From Eledone cirrhosa (lineage: Eukaryota), in the NCBI GenBank assembly GCA_964016885.1, contig OZ024742.1, positions 260,028,001-260,092,000 on the forward strand: 64,000 nt of DNA, read 5' to 3'. Numbering within the stretch: position 1 is the stretch's first letter; every line of letters starts with the position of its first letter. Below, piece after piece: positions 49,680 through 62,765 of this stretch. Made by a program: the position numbers and the translations under genes. The notes beneath the pieces are model-generated. The model worked only from the letters and a program-made list of their open reading frames with translations. It was not told the DNA's origin and ran no database searches.

Positions 49680-50250
49680 TCCGCTGTGACCCGTCTGTTT
49701 CTTTCTTACTGCTTCCTCTTTTCTCTGTATCTCTCACTTCCCTTTACCCCCTCTAACAGTCACTCTCTCTGTTAGCCTCTTCCTCACCTTTCACTCACTC
49801 TCTGCTACTCCCTCTCCTACTTCCTCCCGTTTGACCTGTGCTAAATTCTTTCCTCGCGCACACTTTGACCAGGTCGGTTGTTCTTTATTCTCTCTCATCT
49901 ACGATTTCACAGAACTTATGTTCACCGATTTCAGGGACTTGACTCCTACTTCCTCCCGTTTGACCTGTGCGAAATTCTTTTCTTGCTCACATTTCGACCA
50001 GGTTTGATGGTCTTTATTCTCTCTCGTTCACGATTTCACAGAACTTATGTTCATCGATTTCAGGGACTTGACTCCTTCTTCCTCACTTTTCGTTGCATTA
50101 CCATCTTTGATTGTTTACAGTCTCGCTCGTTCCCCTTATTTACGTGTCCCAACGACTTTCTTTAGCCGTTGCTCGCACCAACCGGAGGTATATGGTCTTT
50201 AAAGCGATGAAATACCAATAAAGGTTGGCAGATCACTGATGAAGGACTAA
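49680..50250 (+). mobile_element. Penelope-like UTR/pLTR fragment with a ~130-bp tandem duplication
   Basis: 49815-49945 is repeated at 49945-50075. The fragment is bounded by (TA)n and ends with a truncated CTGATGAAGGAC. Confidence 0.5.
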
Positions 50251-50258
50251 ATTTAATC

Positions 50259-50289
<31 letters not shown>

Positions 50290-50292
<3 letters not shown>

Positions 50293-50602
50293 TGTTATGC
50301 TTTGGGAGGGTCATGTTGCCAATAAGAAACACACGCACCAGTTGCTTTCACTTCAATTTATTATAAAATAAATTTATAAATTTAGGAATTTATAAATTTC
50401 CGGTTGGTTGGTTGGTTCCACAACCAGATGATTGTTCATATATTGTCAAAGTTCTTTCGTCACACATTCTGTGACCTCTTCAGTGACTGGGATTCTTTTC
50501 TTTGTTTTTGTGCCTCTCCTTTGTTCTGTCCTACGCCATCTTGTTTTAGTGTGTGTTGTGTGCTTAGTTTGGCAACATGACCCTCCCAAAGCATAACAAT
50601 AT
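50290..50602 (-). mobile_element. Penelope pLTR with terminal inversion
   Basis: ATATTGTTATGCTTTGGGAGGGTCATGTTGCCAA recurs inverted at ~50569-50602. It contains the minimal hammerhead. Confidence 0.75.
50445..50487 (-). ncRNA. Minimal type I hammerhead ribozyme
   Basis: GTCA-CTGAAGA-G-GTCACA-GAATG-TGTGAC-GAAA-GAAC-TT-TGAC. Homologues lie at ~6880-6922, 31355-31393, 49375-49415 and 61419-61463. Confidence 0.7.
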
Positions 50603-50713
50603 CGGTTTCAACACATGTTTTCAGATAAAGAATCTTGCTAAACAAATTCAGAAACGAAATTATATATATATATATATATATATATACTCCATTAATAATA
50701 TTATTACTACCAC

Positions 50714-50783
<70 letters not shown>

Positions 50784-51299
50784 CTGAACATCTAAATTAT
50801 AAAAATCAATGGACTCTCATTAGAAATGTACATCTTAGTCTCACAGTTATCTTTGTTGATTACATGAAGAAAATTATAAATTGTATACAGACAAGGGATG
50901 TACCAATAACCATATTGGCCAATTAGCCAATTACTGATTATCTATAATGTAATTATGTATTGTGATATGAAAATGCATATTATAATTAATTGTAAGTACT
51001 ATATTATGATATTTCATAATTAATTACAATTATGGAGCTACTATTTGAGAGCACATGATGTCAAAATTAAGTTAATTTTACTGTAGTAGGTAACATATAT
51101 GAACCTGCAAGAAATTGACTAAGCTCTGAATATGGAGAAATTTTGTTGGTTTTACAGATCATTCAATTAAATTTTTTGTTTGAGTAAATTAAGATAACAG
51201 AAACCATAATTACTGGGAAATGTTTGAATACCTTTATGTAAACATGCAATCAGAATCTTTATAATTTTGAAATTAATTCCACTTTTAAATATCAATTAA

Positions 51300-51507
51300 C
51301 CCTTTAGCATTTAAACCAGCCATATTCGGCCATAATTCTCTCACCTCTTTCTGTTCAAACTGGCCGTAACCGACTGCTATTACTTATGTTAAGGTATTGT
51401 TCTCAAAATAAATAATATCAAAATCTCATAGATTCGATATTATGTGAGATAAAGTATTTACCATGAAAATACAATAGTAAATATAGAGTAATGTAAATGC
51501 TAAAGGG
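51300..51507. mobile_element. piggyBac-like MITE
   Basis: TTAA TSD and TIR CCCTTTAGCATTTA; near-identical to the 41372 copy. Confidence 0.92.
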
Positions 51508-51789
51508 TTAAACACATATCCTCTTAGGTGTGTAGGAGGGACTCTCTTTTACTTTGACAGCCTTTAACCTATGGATAGTTACACCCTCCATCCTGGCAGT
51601 CCTAAGTATGTTCCTGTTGTGTAGATCAGAGAGTTCAAGCACTAGGAACAGAGTTATATATTCACTGGTAGGATTAGATTGTGTGTCCTAGAAAATGGTA
51701 TACTTCTCTCATGTATCCATGTTGCATCCAATGTGTTTCCAAAATTTCTTTGTCACTCATAACTTTCTTGCTTCAGCATACATGTCTAT

Positions 51790-52218
51790 CAATAATAATT
51801 GTTTCTACTTTAGGCACAAGGCCAGCAATTACCCAGTGCATTACTGGTACTTTATTTTATCGACCCCGTAAGGATGAAAGGCAAAGTCAACCTCGGCGGG
51901 ATTTGAACTCAGATCGTAAAGGGACGTAACTATGCTGGAAAGCATGGCGTCCGACCCTCTACCGATACTGCCAATCCACCGCCCTTGTCTATCAATAATA
52001 ATGTCTATCAATAATAATGGTTTCTGATTTAGGCACAAGGCCAACCATTTTGGAGAATAGGAAAGTCTATTAAACCGACCCTAGTGCATTACTGGTGCTT
52101 TATTTTATTGACTCCATAGGGATGAAAGGTCAAGCTAACTCAGAATGTAAAGGGACATAACGAGATGGCGCAAAGCATGTTGCCCGATGCTCTACTGACA
52201 CTGCCAATCCACCACCCT
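51790..52218 (-). mobile_element. Two tandem family A SINEs (young and old) sharing one TSD motif
   Basis: Copies at 51790-51984 and 52012-52218. TGTCTATCAATAATAAT occurs before, twice between, and (one mismatch) after them. Confidence 0.88.
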
Positions 52219-52924
52219 TGCCTATCAATAATAATAATAAACAAATCGTCAATCAGCAAAAACTGATCAATTGGCAAAATGCCCACCGATACCAATTATC
52301 TGCCGATTAATTGCTGCAACCCTAATACAGACATAAAATATTAAAAGTTGATTATTCTATCCATGAAGTAAAAATGTAACTTATTTATCAGGTTGTCATT
52401 TCATCTATAAGCCAGAGCACAAAATGTATTGATGTACGCATAAATATTTTACTTACTTAACAAACAGTGATCTTTATACATTAGTTTCAAGTTTTAAAAT
52501 GTATCTTAGCTTATTTAATTCTATGTTCAGCTGCTTACTTCTTTGTGGATCTTTATGTGAAATCTCTTTGATTCTATTTAACCACATAACCAGGCTTTAC
52601 AGTTGTCTGAATAGAAGTCACTGTATGTATGCTTGCCTATATAGAGATATCTGTATATATGTCTGTATAAAACTCTCCATATGTATACTTGCCTGTATAG
52701 ACGGCTGTGATAAATTCGCCTATATCAAGGCCTGTGTATATATTTGACTATATAAAGGTCTGTGTGCTTGCCTATATACAGGTTTGTATACGTATTTGCC
52801 TATATAAGATTCTGTGTATATTATTTGACTACATAAAAGTCTGGGTGTGCTTGCCTTCATAAAAGTCTATATATATTTGCCTATATAAATGTCTGTATAT
52901 ATAAGAATCATTCAACTTAAGCAG

Positions 52925-53135
52925 CGTGAAGGTGTGTGGTATCGTAGTTAGGATGTTGGACTCACAATCTTAAGGTTGAAGGTTCGATTCCTGGACATGT
53001 TCTTGAGCAAGATTCTTCATTTCACATTTTTCATGGTAGGATGCAAACCCTACCATTAAAACATACAAGAAACCTCCCATGAGATGCAACTTTGTAGGAA
53101 GTCAGCCAAACATATATACATAGGTGTGAGCTATA
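52925..53135 (+). mobile_element. tRNA/CORE SINE with a single ~95-bp repeat unit
   Basis: GGTTCGATTCC B-box and TTCTTGAGCAAG CORE, then CCCTACCATTAAAACA..GATGCAAC..ATAGGTGTGAGCT. Confidence 0.7.
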
Positions 53136-53511
53136 TATATATGTATATATATATATTTTTTCCATATCAATCTTTTCAAGCATAGGGAAAGAGTCCACAT
53201 GCTTATGGAATGCTCAGCCACGTTCATGTTAATTCCAAGAACAAGCTGTTCCATGGTTTGTACAAATAGAGCATCTGCCATCAGAACCAACAGTGTTCCA
53301 ACATGTGTACATCATCATCACCATTAGACAATACCAAATGTTAAATATCCTCAAAGCACAGGGGGGAAAATCTATTTTCTCAAAGAAGCTATTAGGGTTG
53401 TTGAGTATGTTATTAAATTTTATTATTTATATGCTTGGCAAATTGTACATTACCAAATTCTTTTGAACTCAAATGAAAATGTGCCAATTCCTATTTTTAC
53501 TTTGTTGGCAT

Positions 53512-53551
<40 letters not shown>

Positions 53552-53576
53552 ACACACACACGCACGCACGCACGCA

Positions 53577-53663
<87 letters not shown>

Positions 53664-53904
53664 ACACACACACACTCTCTCTCTCTCTACTGAAAATGGC
53701 AGTTGCTGTGGTGGGAGGAGGAGACTTTGTATAGAAATATTTCTGCTCTTGTTTATTTCAGGCAAAGTCGTTACATGTATATATACACACACACACACAC
53801 ACACATGCGCACATACATACATATATATATATATATGAATATATGTATGTATAATATATGTGTGTGTATGTATATGTGTGTGTATGTATATGTGTGAGTG
53901 TGTG

Positions 53905-53936
<32 letters not shown>

Positions 53937-54239
53937 CGATATTAAACAATATGTGTAACCCAACAATTTTATATAAAACTTTTGCATATATATATATATA
54001 TATATAAATATCCTAAAGCTATTAGCATATTCCCAAGGGTTTCTCAGCCCTGTCTATTCTTAGTTGTTTTTAAAATGTTATTTCTTTCTCCCCCCCCCTC
54101 TCTAACTCTGGTTTTACTCTCTCTTAAATTTCATTTTATTATTTCATTGCCATTCACTCTTTATTTCCCCCATTGTCTCTTTCTCTCTGTTCCAATATCG
54201 TTTGTCTTAGTCTACCTTTTCTTCTTTGTGTATATGGTA

Positions 54240-54820
54240 CGGTATCCAGTGTATGTGTGGTGTGTGTTGTATGTGGTATGGTATTGTGTGTATGTATGCA
54301 TGGTGTGTGTAAGTGTATTTGGTATGGTATTGTGTGTATGTATGCATTGTGTGTGTAAGTATATGTGGTATGGTATGGAGTGTATGTATGTGTGGTGTGT
54401 GTTGTATGTGGTATGGTATTGTGTGTATGTATGCATGGTGTGTGTAAGTGTATGTGGTATGGTATTGTGTGTATGTATGCATGGTGTGTGTAAGTATGTG
54501 TGGTATGATATGGAGTGTATGTATGTGTGGTGTATGTGGTATGGTATTGTGTGTATGTATGCATGGTGTGTGTAAGTATATGTGTTATGGTATGTAGTGT
54601 ATAAATGTGTGGTGTGTGTAAGTATGTGTGGTGTGTGTATGTATGCATGGTGTGTGTAAGTATATGTGGTATGGTATGGAGTGTATGTATGTGTGGTGTG
54701 TGTGTATGTGGTATGGTATTGTGTGTATAAATATGTGGGGTGTGTAAGTATGTGTGGTGTGTGTATGTATGCATGGTGTGTGTAAGTATATGTGGTATGG
54801 TATGGAGTGTATGCATGGTA
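54240..54820. repeat. GT-rich compound minisatellite
   Basis: Recurrent TATGTGGTATGGTATTGTGTGTATGTATGCATGGTGTGTGTAAG units. Confidence 0.92.
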
Positions 54821-55871
54821 TATTTTAGTCAATGTAAAATTTCTTACAAAAGTACTTGAAAATATAACTTATCAATACAAAGCAGACTCCTATCTCATCA
54901 TCTCTCCTATTGTACTTAATAATAATAATAATAATAACGAATGATGATAATAATAATCATTATCATCATCATCTTAATGTCCATGTTGGCATGATGTGGC
55001 CAAGTTTATATAGCAGAATGTCTCTTTATATTTCAATCCTGTATTATGTTAACTGTAAGGAGGTCCAGCATTGTTCAAGTTTAATCTAGTTTCTATTCAC
55101 TGTTTACTCAGTGTATTTAAACTGTAGATTACCTTTCATCACCAACTGAAAACCTATTTTCAACTTACAATATACATCATTAACTCTTTGCATACCAAAC
55201 TGTCTGAAACTGCCTCGGGCTTTATGATACAACGCTGTTTGTTTTAACCTGTTCGTGACCAGATTTATAATGAAATACACTCTATTTCAATTAATTAATG
55301 AACAATTTTGAGGGATTTACTAAAATTTATTATTTCATCACTAACTAACTAACTTAACATATGGTTCTTATATAAAATTATGTTGGAAGATTTTAATTTA
55401 CAGAGGAGCCCTTTAAAATAGGCAACTTTTTTCATGGAACCAGAGCTGGTTTTCACTGGATTCATATAAAAAAGGGTTAAAGTGTATTATCTAAAGTTCT
55501 CTGCTATAATTTTATGTAAGAACTGATGCCAATTTAACCCTTCTCATACCAAACTGCCCGAAGCAGCCCCTGATGCTAAAATACAAAGTTGTTTGGTTTA
55601 ATATGTTCGTATTTAAATTAAAAGCTACACATCATCATTTTATATCGTTTATCACATGACCTATCAAAATATAATTTTGATGTTATTACAATGGTTGTAA
55701 GAGAATTCTGATTGATTACCCTTTAAATAACAACCAAATATATATCCTGATAAGTTTTGTAAAAGACAAAAGCACTAGATTCAAATTTTAAAAGTTTTAA
55801 TATTGTATCTTTTCAGCCAAGTGATAAACAGTGTTATATTACTTCTTTTTACAATTTTACTTTATAATATA

Positions 55872-56418
55872 TGACGGTAGTCACGGAATAGGCAGACCTA
55901 GAAAAACCTGGGACGAGCTGATAAACTCCGACATCACACACTTACACCTCTCCAAGACAATGTCACTGGACCGAGACCTTTGGCGGTACTCAGTAACAGA
56001 GAAGACCCGCCTTACCTAAATATATAGTAAAACCTACTCCAGCCAGTAGGCATCTCTAACAAAATACACCCCGTCCCACCACCCCCACCCCCACCCCATC
56101 CACACCACCCCGTTCTATGTAAAGTTATGTTGGTGCCGCGCCATCGAGGCCGAAACAAATGAGATCGTGTAGGTGTCACGACAAAAAAACACACAGTCCA
56201 CGCTGTAATGTGGCCGTGTAGGCAACACGGTAAAAACCTCCCAGACCCACACTGTAAATGTGGTTGGTGTTAGGAAGGGCATCCAACTGTAGAAAACCTG
56301 CCAGACAGTCCTATGCGAGCAAGACAATCACTCTTGCCTCAAGTGGGACTACCCCCGTCCAAACCCATGCAAGCGTGGAACACGGACGTTAAACGTTGAT
56401 GATGATGATGATGATGAT
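55872..56418 (+). mobile_element. RTE LINE 3' fragment
   Basis: DGSHGIGRPRKTWDELINSD...EKTRLT*, then the 3' UTR and a (GAT)n tail, in an ATATAT context. Confidence 0.95.
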
Positions 56419-57464
56419 ATATATATATATATGAGATGACAAAGTAGATTTGTTTAAACCAATTAATAGCTTTACAAATATTTCAATACATGTTATTCAA
56501 TTAAAGCTTATGTTATTTCCATTTTTGTTAAAGAGGAGAAATGTTGAATATAAGAAAGCATTATGGAATATTGTACATCTTCAGAAGTGCTTTAAATGAT
56601 TATACAATGACCTGGGATTCAGCAAGCCTAAAAGAAAAGTTTACCTTCAGAGGACTGCATCTTCATTGAAAATACTTTCATTAATATATATAGATATTAA
56701 TGTGTTAGGAAGGGCATCCAGCTGTAAAAACCAAACCAGTTCTGTATGTGTAAGACACGGTCACATGATCTGATTTGTTTCACAGTAGAATAACTCATCT
56801 AACTCATGCAGGCATGGAAAATAGACATTAGATAGTGATGATGATGATGATGATGATAATACATATATATATATATATATACACACACACATATGTCTAT
56901 GTGAGTCTGTCAAGTTTACATTTGTGTCTGTATTTAAATTCCATGACTTAGAGATTTGACAAAAAAGAAATTGATAAAATAAGTACCTGACTGGAAAAGA
57001 TATGTACTGTAATCGATATGATCAACTATATCAAAAGGTGCCCCAGCATGGCAGCAGACTACTGACTCAAACAAATAAAAGAATAGAAAATATTATACAT
57101 ATATTTTCACACATACACACATGCATATGCATGATTGGTTTGTGAAGACTGGAAGCCACCATGGAAATTATAAAAAAATACACTTCTATCTACATATTAA
57201 AGGTTTTCCAAGTTCAAAATGATTTGCCAAGTGTTTAAAAGATGGAAATCTTGGAATAACTCCCACATGAACTAGCCGAAAGTCTATAGGTTTTCTCTGA
57301 ATTCTTCACATTTGGCATTACCATTAGTAATCTTTGGCAAAAATATCCTCTTGAATTGATTAATTCTTCATTCTAATCTTTGCTGCCTGGCTGGCAGTCT
57401 GACTGTCTGTTTTCCTGTATACTTGCTCATTCATTGATCTTTGAGATATATACCCATTCATGTG

Positions 57465-57532
<68 letters not shown>

Positions 57533-57733
57533 ATTTAATATAGAAATGGCTTCTACAGGATTAGAACTATTTCATTTGTAAGAAATCAACAGGAAAGCGC
57601 TTTCCCAATGATTTCTTATGAATGAAACAGTTCTAGTCCTGTAGAAGCCATTTCTATATCAAATTTTGTATATACTCTACTAATATATTGAGTACTTCAC
57701 TTACTGTGGTTACTCCCGATTGAACCCGAGACT

Positions 57734-57737
<4 letters not shown>
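57533..57737 (+). mobile_element. Short Penelope-type pLTR fragment with 5' inversion (homologue of 29896)
   Basis: ~65-bp inverted arms centred at ~57598 and the same tail as the 29896 element, in (TA)n. Confidence 0.65.
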
Positions 57738-57780
<43 letters not shown>

Positions 57781-57782
<2 letters not shown>

Positions 57783-59548
57783 TCATCATCATCATCATCA
57801 CCGTTTTACGTCCGTTCTTCCACGCTAGCATGGGTTAGACGGGTTGTCCTGTTGTGGGCAGTGTCTGGTCGGCTGACCATGCCTTGCTCATACAGGAACT
57901 GATCTGGCTTGATTTCTACAGCTGGATGCCCTTCCTAACACCAACCTCATTTACAGTGAGTGCTGGGTGCTTTTTCGTGGCGCCTACACGTCCACTTTAC
58001 AGTGTGGGCTGGGTGCTTTTTTGCCGTGGCACCTCCACGACCACCTTGCGGTGGGGGGGGGGGGGCATATTGTCTATATGCTTCAGCATGTACCCATGGG
58101 AGGTCGGGTACCCTGTATTACTGCGTGACGCCAGAAGTCACGGTCGTGTGTCATTGACTTTGAGAGGTGTAGTTGGGTAAGGTCGGCTTTTATCACCTCA
58201 TCCCAAGTCATCTTGGGTCTCCCCACTCCGCGGTTTCCATCAACTTCTAGTGCTCTGCACCTTTTTATGCAGCTGTCATCCTTCATACGCATCACATGTC
58301 CATACCAGCGTAACCGCCTCTCCTGCACGCAGCATTTGATTCCTCTTATGCTCAGTCTCTCTCTCAATTCATTTATGCTTTGTCGTTCACGTATATTACT
58401 GTTACACATCCATCGGAGCATGCAGGCTTCGTTTCTCTCTAATCTACGTAAGTCTTCCACCTTCAGCGCCCAGGTCTCACTACCATGCAACATCGCTGTT
58501 CGGATACACGCATCATACAGTCTGCCTTTCATTCTGAGGGAGAAGCCTTTTGCAGCTAGCAGTGGTAGTAGTTCCCTAAACTTCTTCCATCCCGTTCTTA
58601 CCCTAGTTATTGTACTTTCTGAGCACCCACCTCCGTTGCTAATTCGGTCACCTAGGTAGCAGAAGCTGTCTACTGTTTCTACAGGGCCCTCCCAGAGATT
58701 GGTGGTACTTGTTTCCTGTGGCTGTTTGCTTGCTGTTTCAGCACAGCTGCTGCATGTGAATCCTACATTCTTAATTAAGCTTCCTGAGATCCCGCTACAT
58801 CTCTTGTGTACCCATTGTTTGCATTTGGGGCAAAGAATGGAGTTCCTACCTACACCTTTCCTACATACTGAGCAAGGCCATTTCCCTGAGGGGATCTGGG
58901 TTCTGTTTTCTCGTCTACTTATAAGGACCTTAGTCTTTGTCATGTTGACTTTGAGGCCCTTTCTCTCTAGTCCCTGCTTCCAGGTTTGGAATTTATTCTC
59001 TAGTTCTACCATAGATTCAGCTATGAGTGCGAGGTCATCAGCATACAGGAGTTCCCATGGGCATCCGGTCTTAAACTCCTCCGTTATTGCCTGCAGGACT
59101 ATGATGAACAGGAGAGGGCTAAGAACAGAGCCCTGGTGGACCCCAACCTGTACGCTAAATTCCTCGCTATACTCATTGCCAATCCTAACTTTGCTGACTG
59201 CTCCCCTATACATGGCTTGTACCGCTTTCACAAGCCATTCATCTACTCCTAGTTTTCTAAGAGCCCACCAGATTACTGCACGTGGAACTCTGTCAAAGGC
59301 TTTCTCAAGGTCGACAAATGCCAAGTAGAGTGGCTTACTTTTAGCTAGGTACTTTTCCTGTAATTGCCTCACAAGGAAGAGCGCATCAGTGGTGCCTTTC
59401 CCTGGAACAAACCCAAATTGCATCTCGTCTATATTCACCCGGTCCCTAATCAGCTGTGCTATAACTCTTTCTGTTACTTTCATGACCTGGTCCATCAACT
59501 TTATACCTCTATAGTTTCCTCTATCTAGTGCATCGCCTTTACCTTTGT
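57781..59548 (-). mobile_element. RTE-clade LINE, second subfamily, 5'-truncated with an open frame
   Basis: Uninterrupted ORF 58083-59498 with YADD, a PHD finger and FCYLG. It has a (GAT)n tail, and both ends lie in (TA)n. Confidence 0.97.
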
Positions 59549-59832
59549 ATATATATATATAAGAAATATTTAATTTGTTGGAAATCCAACAAATATAGAT
59601 GTTTACAACTGATTCAGAGCACTCGACAGATTTCTGGAGTAAGTATTCCAGGGATAACTTGAACCGTTAAGGTATATTATCCTTGGTCATGTCAAATATT
59701 TATAAAACATTTTGTATTTTATCTCATGATAGCGTACCAAAATTTTTGGTACCCTTGAAATATATATAATAGAATAAATATGGTTTTATAAATATAGTTT
59801 CCATATATTTAATTATCATTGTATATATTTAT

Positions 59833-60177
59833 GGAGGCACATGGCTTAGTGGTTAGAGCATTGGCCTTGCAATCGAAAGGTTGTGAGTTTAATTCTCAGA
59901 CTGGGTGATGTGTTGTTTCCTTGAGCAAGACACTTTATTTCACATTGCTCCAGTTTACTCAGCTGTAGAAATGAGATGATAGGGACTGGGGTCCATATCA
60001 TTCCACTGCAAAGTGGTCGTGGAGGTGCCACGGCAAAAAAGCACCCAGCACTCACTGTAAATGAGGTTGGTGTTAGGAAGGGCATCCAGCTGTAGAAATC
60101 AAGCCAGCATCAGTTACCGTCCCACCCTTGCAAGCAGGAAAAAGCGTACGTAAAATGAAATGATGATGATGATGATA
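59833..60177 (+). mobile_element. tRNA/CORE SINE head joined to an RTE-derived 3' tail
   Basis: TGGCTTAGTGGTTAGAGC head and CCTTGAGCAAGACACTT CORE. 60015-60110 matches the 3' UTR of the adjacent RTE (57900-58042, reverse complement), and it ends in a (GAT)n tail. Confidence 0.75.
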
Positions 60178-60179
60178 TA

Positions 60180-61057
60180 CAGGGTGTGGACGATATTTGT
60201 TCGCAAGATTACTGTCTAGGAAAAAATAACACAGTAGTTTTATTTTTTAAGATTTATTTATCAAACTTGGGTCAGTTTGTCTTCATGACTTGTTCTTTCT
60301 ATCTCACTCGATAAACCCACCATTGGCTTTGATGACGGCCTCAAGGCGGCCTCGGAACCGGCTACAGGCCTTCGTTACTGTCCCCCGACATAGGCCCCTA
60401 AAGGCACTTGTGATCCTGGCCTTCAGATCGTCTTTCGTATTGCAGCTAGATCTGTTGGTGTCCCGTTCCACTGCACCCCACACAAAGAAGTCGAGGGGGT
60501 TGCAGTCAGGCGAGCTGGGAGGCCAGATGTCAGGTGAAGTGTGGTCGACAAAGTTCTCTGACAGCCAGGCTTGGATCTTTCCGACTAGTATGGCAGGGCG
60601 CTGAGTCTTGCTGTCACACGTACAGCCTACCTGCAGCTACCTGGTTGATCCAGGGCTTTACTACCTCGCTCAGAACGCAGATGTAGCCATCGGTGTTCAG
60701 CTTGAGGCCCTCAGGGAAGAAGTGAGGTGGCATGACGCCACCTTGACTGCTGACGACACCTAAGACCAATGTTGTCGCTGGAAACTTTGTCTGCATGACT
60801 CTGGGCGCATCTTTGGGTGAGACAGCGAGCCACCTGTTGTTCTGGGAGTTGATCTTCTGGTCTTATTTGTCCTCCCGGAGCAGATTCCAAGAAGAACTCT
60901 GTGTCGCTTCCACAAATTTGGAGGTTCAATTATTCTGAAAATAAATAATGGAAATATAGTCACTGTTTTTATGAAGACAAGAGTGACAACGGAAGGAGAA
61001 AAAAATTTGCATAAAATTAGCAGTTGAAAATTGCGAACAAATATCGTCCGCACCTTG
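60180..61057 (-). mobile_element. Tc1/mariner (maT/DD37D-like) transposon, internally deleted
   Basis: 27-bp TIR CAGGGTGTGGACGATATTTGTTCGCAA with TA at the left end. Transposase remnant TKFPA..VLGVVSS..PPHFF..QQDSAPCH..WPPSSPDCNPLDFFVW. Confidence 0.92.
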
Positions 61058-61059
61058 TG

Positions 61060-61124
<65 letters not shown>

Positions 61125-61199
61125 ATCGTTGTCAATTTTTCCATGTTTTCATGGGTTGGATGGCTCTTTCTAGCATGTTGCATTTCTATATTTATTTTA

Positions 61200-61859
61200 C
61201 AAGGGTTTTCATATGAAATCATGTGTTGAAACATATTGTTATATTTGGAGAGACATGTTCTAATATTGCCAAAAATAGTAAAACACACTCACTCTTTGGT
61301 TTGGTTTTCGCTTCAGTTTCAGTAAATTGTTTTTATATTTCTATAAATAATTTAGCTGGCAATCAATGTTTATCATTGATTGATCAACAGTTAAAAATAT
61401 GAATATAAATATAATTTCTCAAAGTTCTTTCGTCACACATTTTCCTGTGACATCTTCAGTGATTATCACTATTTCCTCCCATTGTGTATCTATAATATTT
61501 TTGTTTTGTTTTGTCTGTTTGCGCATTTGTTTATGTGTGTAAATTCTGATTGGTGTGTGTTCGTGTCTGAGTCTGCTTATGTTTATGTGTTTATATTCTA
61601 TCTTTGGTCACTAGTGTGTGTTTGTGTATAGTTGTTGCTATTCCACTCATGTTTTCTGTTCAACCTAGGTTTTCTTAATTCTGTTTCTGTAACCTCCCTA
61701 ATTTGTCTAAGTGTCAAGTCAATCCTATGATTAGATATTATTTCAATTTCTATGTTGTCTATTTTACCATCATGTTTTAATCTGGTGTGTTCATAGATAT
61801 GTGAGTTTATATGTGCAAAGAGTTTGGATCTATCTTTGCACATATAAACTCACATATCT
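61200..61859 (-). mobile_element. Penelope-like 3' fragment (GIY-YIG C-terminus plus pLTR) with a terminal hairpin
   Basis: SHIYEHTRLKH..TLRQIRE..KPRLNRKHEW, a pLTR with a minimal hammerhead at 61419-61463, and a ~27-bp inverted duplication at 61795-61859. Confidence 0.8.
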
Positions 61860-61941
61860 GATGAGATGTCAAGGAAGAGTTGAGCCCCGGTCATTATGAT
61901 TGTACACTGAGCTGATCAATATTGAAACAATTGTACTATGT
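61852..61941 (+). ncRNA. Type I hammerhead ribozyme with a long stem II insert (degenerate)
   Basis: ACATAT-CTGATGA-GATGT...ATATT-GAAA-CAATTG-TA-CTATGT. Stem III is the palindrome ACAATTGT and the GUA triplet ends at 61935. Confidence 0.6.
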
Positions 61942-62765
61942 CAATAAAGTTTACACTTACACTGCAACAGTGACTTCAATCCGACTTACTTTCATCATCA
62001 TAGTTTAACGTCTATCTTCCATGCTAGCATGGGTTTAGACGGATACTTTATATATATATATATTATGGTATAACACTTGAGTACTAAATTGCTCCATAAT
62101 GACCCATCCAAGACATTAAATGATGATGATATATTAAAGCTCTTACAAATTTCATGAAAAACATTGAGGAGATGGTAGGAGTGTGTAGTTGTGGTTGCTG
62201 CAATGACAAAAGGTTTTGTTTTTTTAAATCCCATACAGTAACAAGTCTTTATGGACAGTGGGTGGTAACAGAAAGATAGAAATAGAGAGTGTGTGTGCAA
62301 CAGAGAGAGAGATAAAAATATTAGAAATATGGCAATGAAAAAAGTATTGTATGAGCATACATACATTGTTTAAGGATTTGCAAAATAAGTGTATGTATTT
62401 ATTTATGTTTTTGTGGGATATATTACATGTATGTGTGTATGCATGTGTGTGATTATCAGTCATGCAAATTACAATCTTGTGTGCCTATGTTAATTCAGTG
62501 ATAAGGATCATATATGGAAATGTGTGCACGTAAGTGAGCTTTAAGAAATATTAGTTTACCTTTATTCATGTGAGATATGTATGTGTGTAGCATGTTGTTT
62601 CTGTTTTTTGAGCAGGTGTAACATTTTAATATAAAATATGAAATGGTGATGAGGGTTTATTACATTAAAAGAAACACAGAGAACTTCTATGAGAGAAGAT
62701 AAACAGCCCCCCCCCCCCCCCATACACACACTTCATGTAGACAATAACATTTTAATTTAACTCAC

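Larger units (their letters stand above)
50893..52324. mobile_element. Non-autonomous hAT element with nested insertions
   Basis: Termini (T/A)AGGGATGTACCAAT / ATTGCTGCAACCCTA and a perfect 8-bp TSD ATACAGAC (50885-50892, 52325-52332). Confidence 0.75.

Noticed and set aside
53450-54832. Many long overlapping ORFs rich in H/T/Y/C/V (also 28433-29071 and 45042-45652)
   Set aside because: They are translations of stop-poor micro- and minisatellites.
59833-59905. tRNA gene-like sequences (also 46375, 52925 and the family A heads)
   Set aside because: They are SINE heads with no intact cloverleaf and continue into CORE/tail domains.
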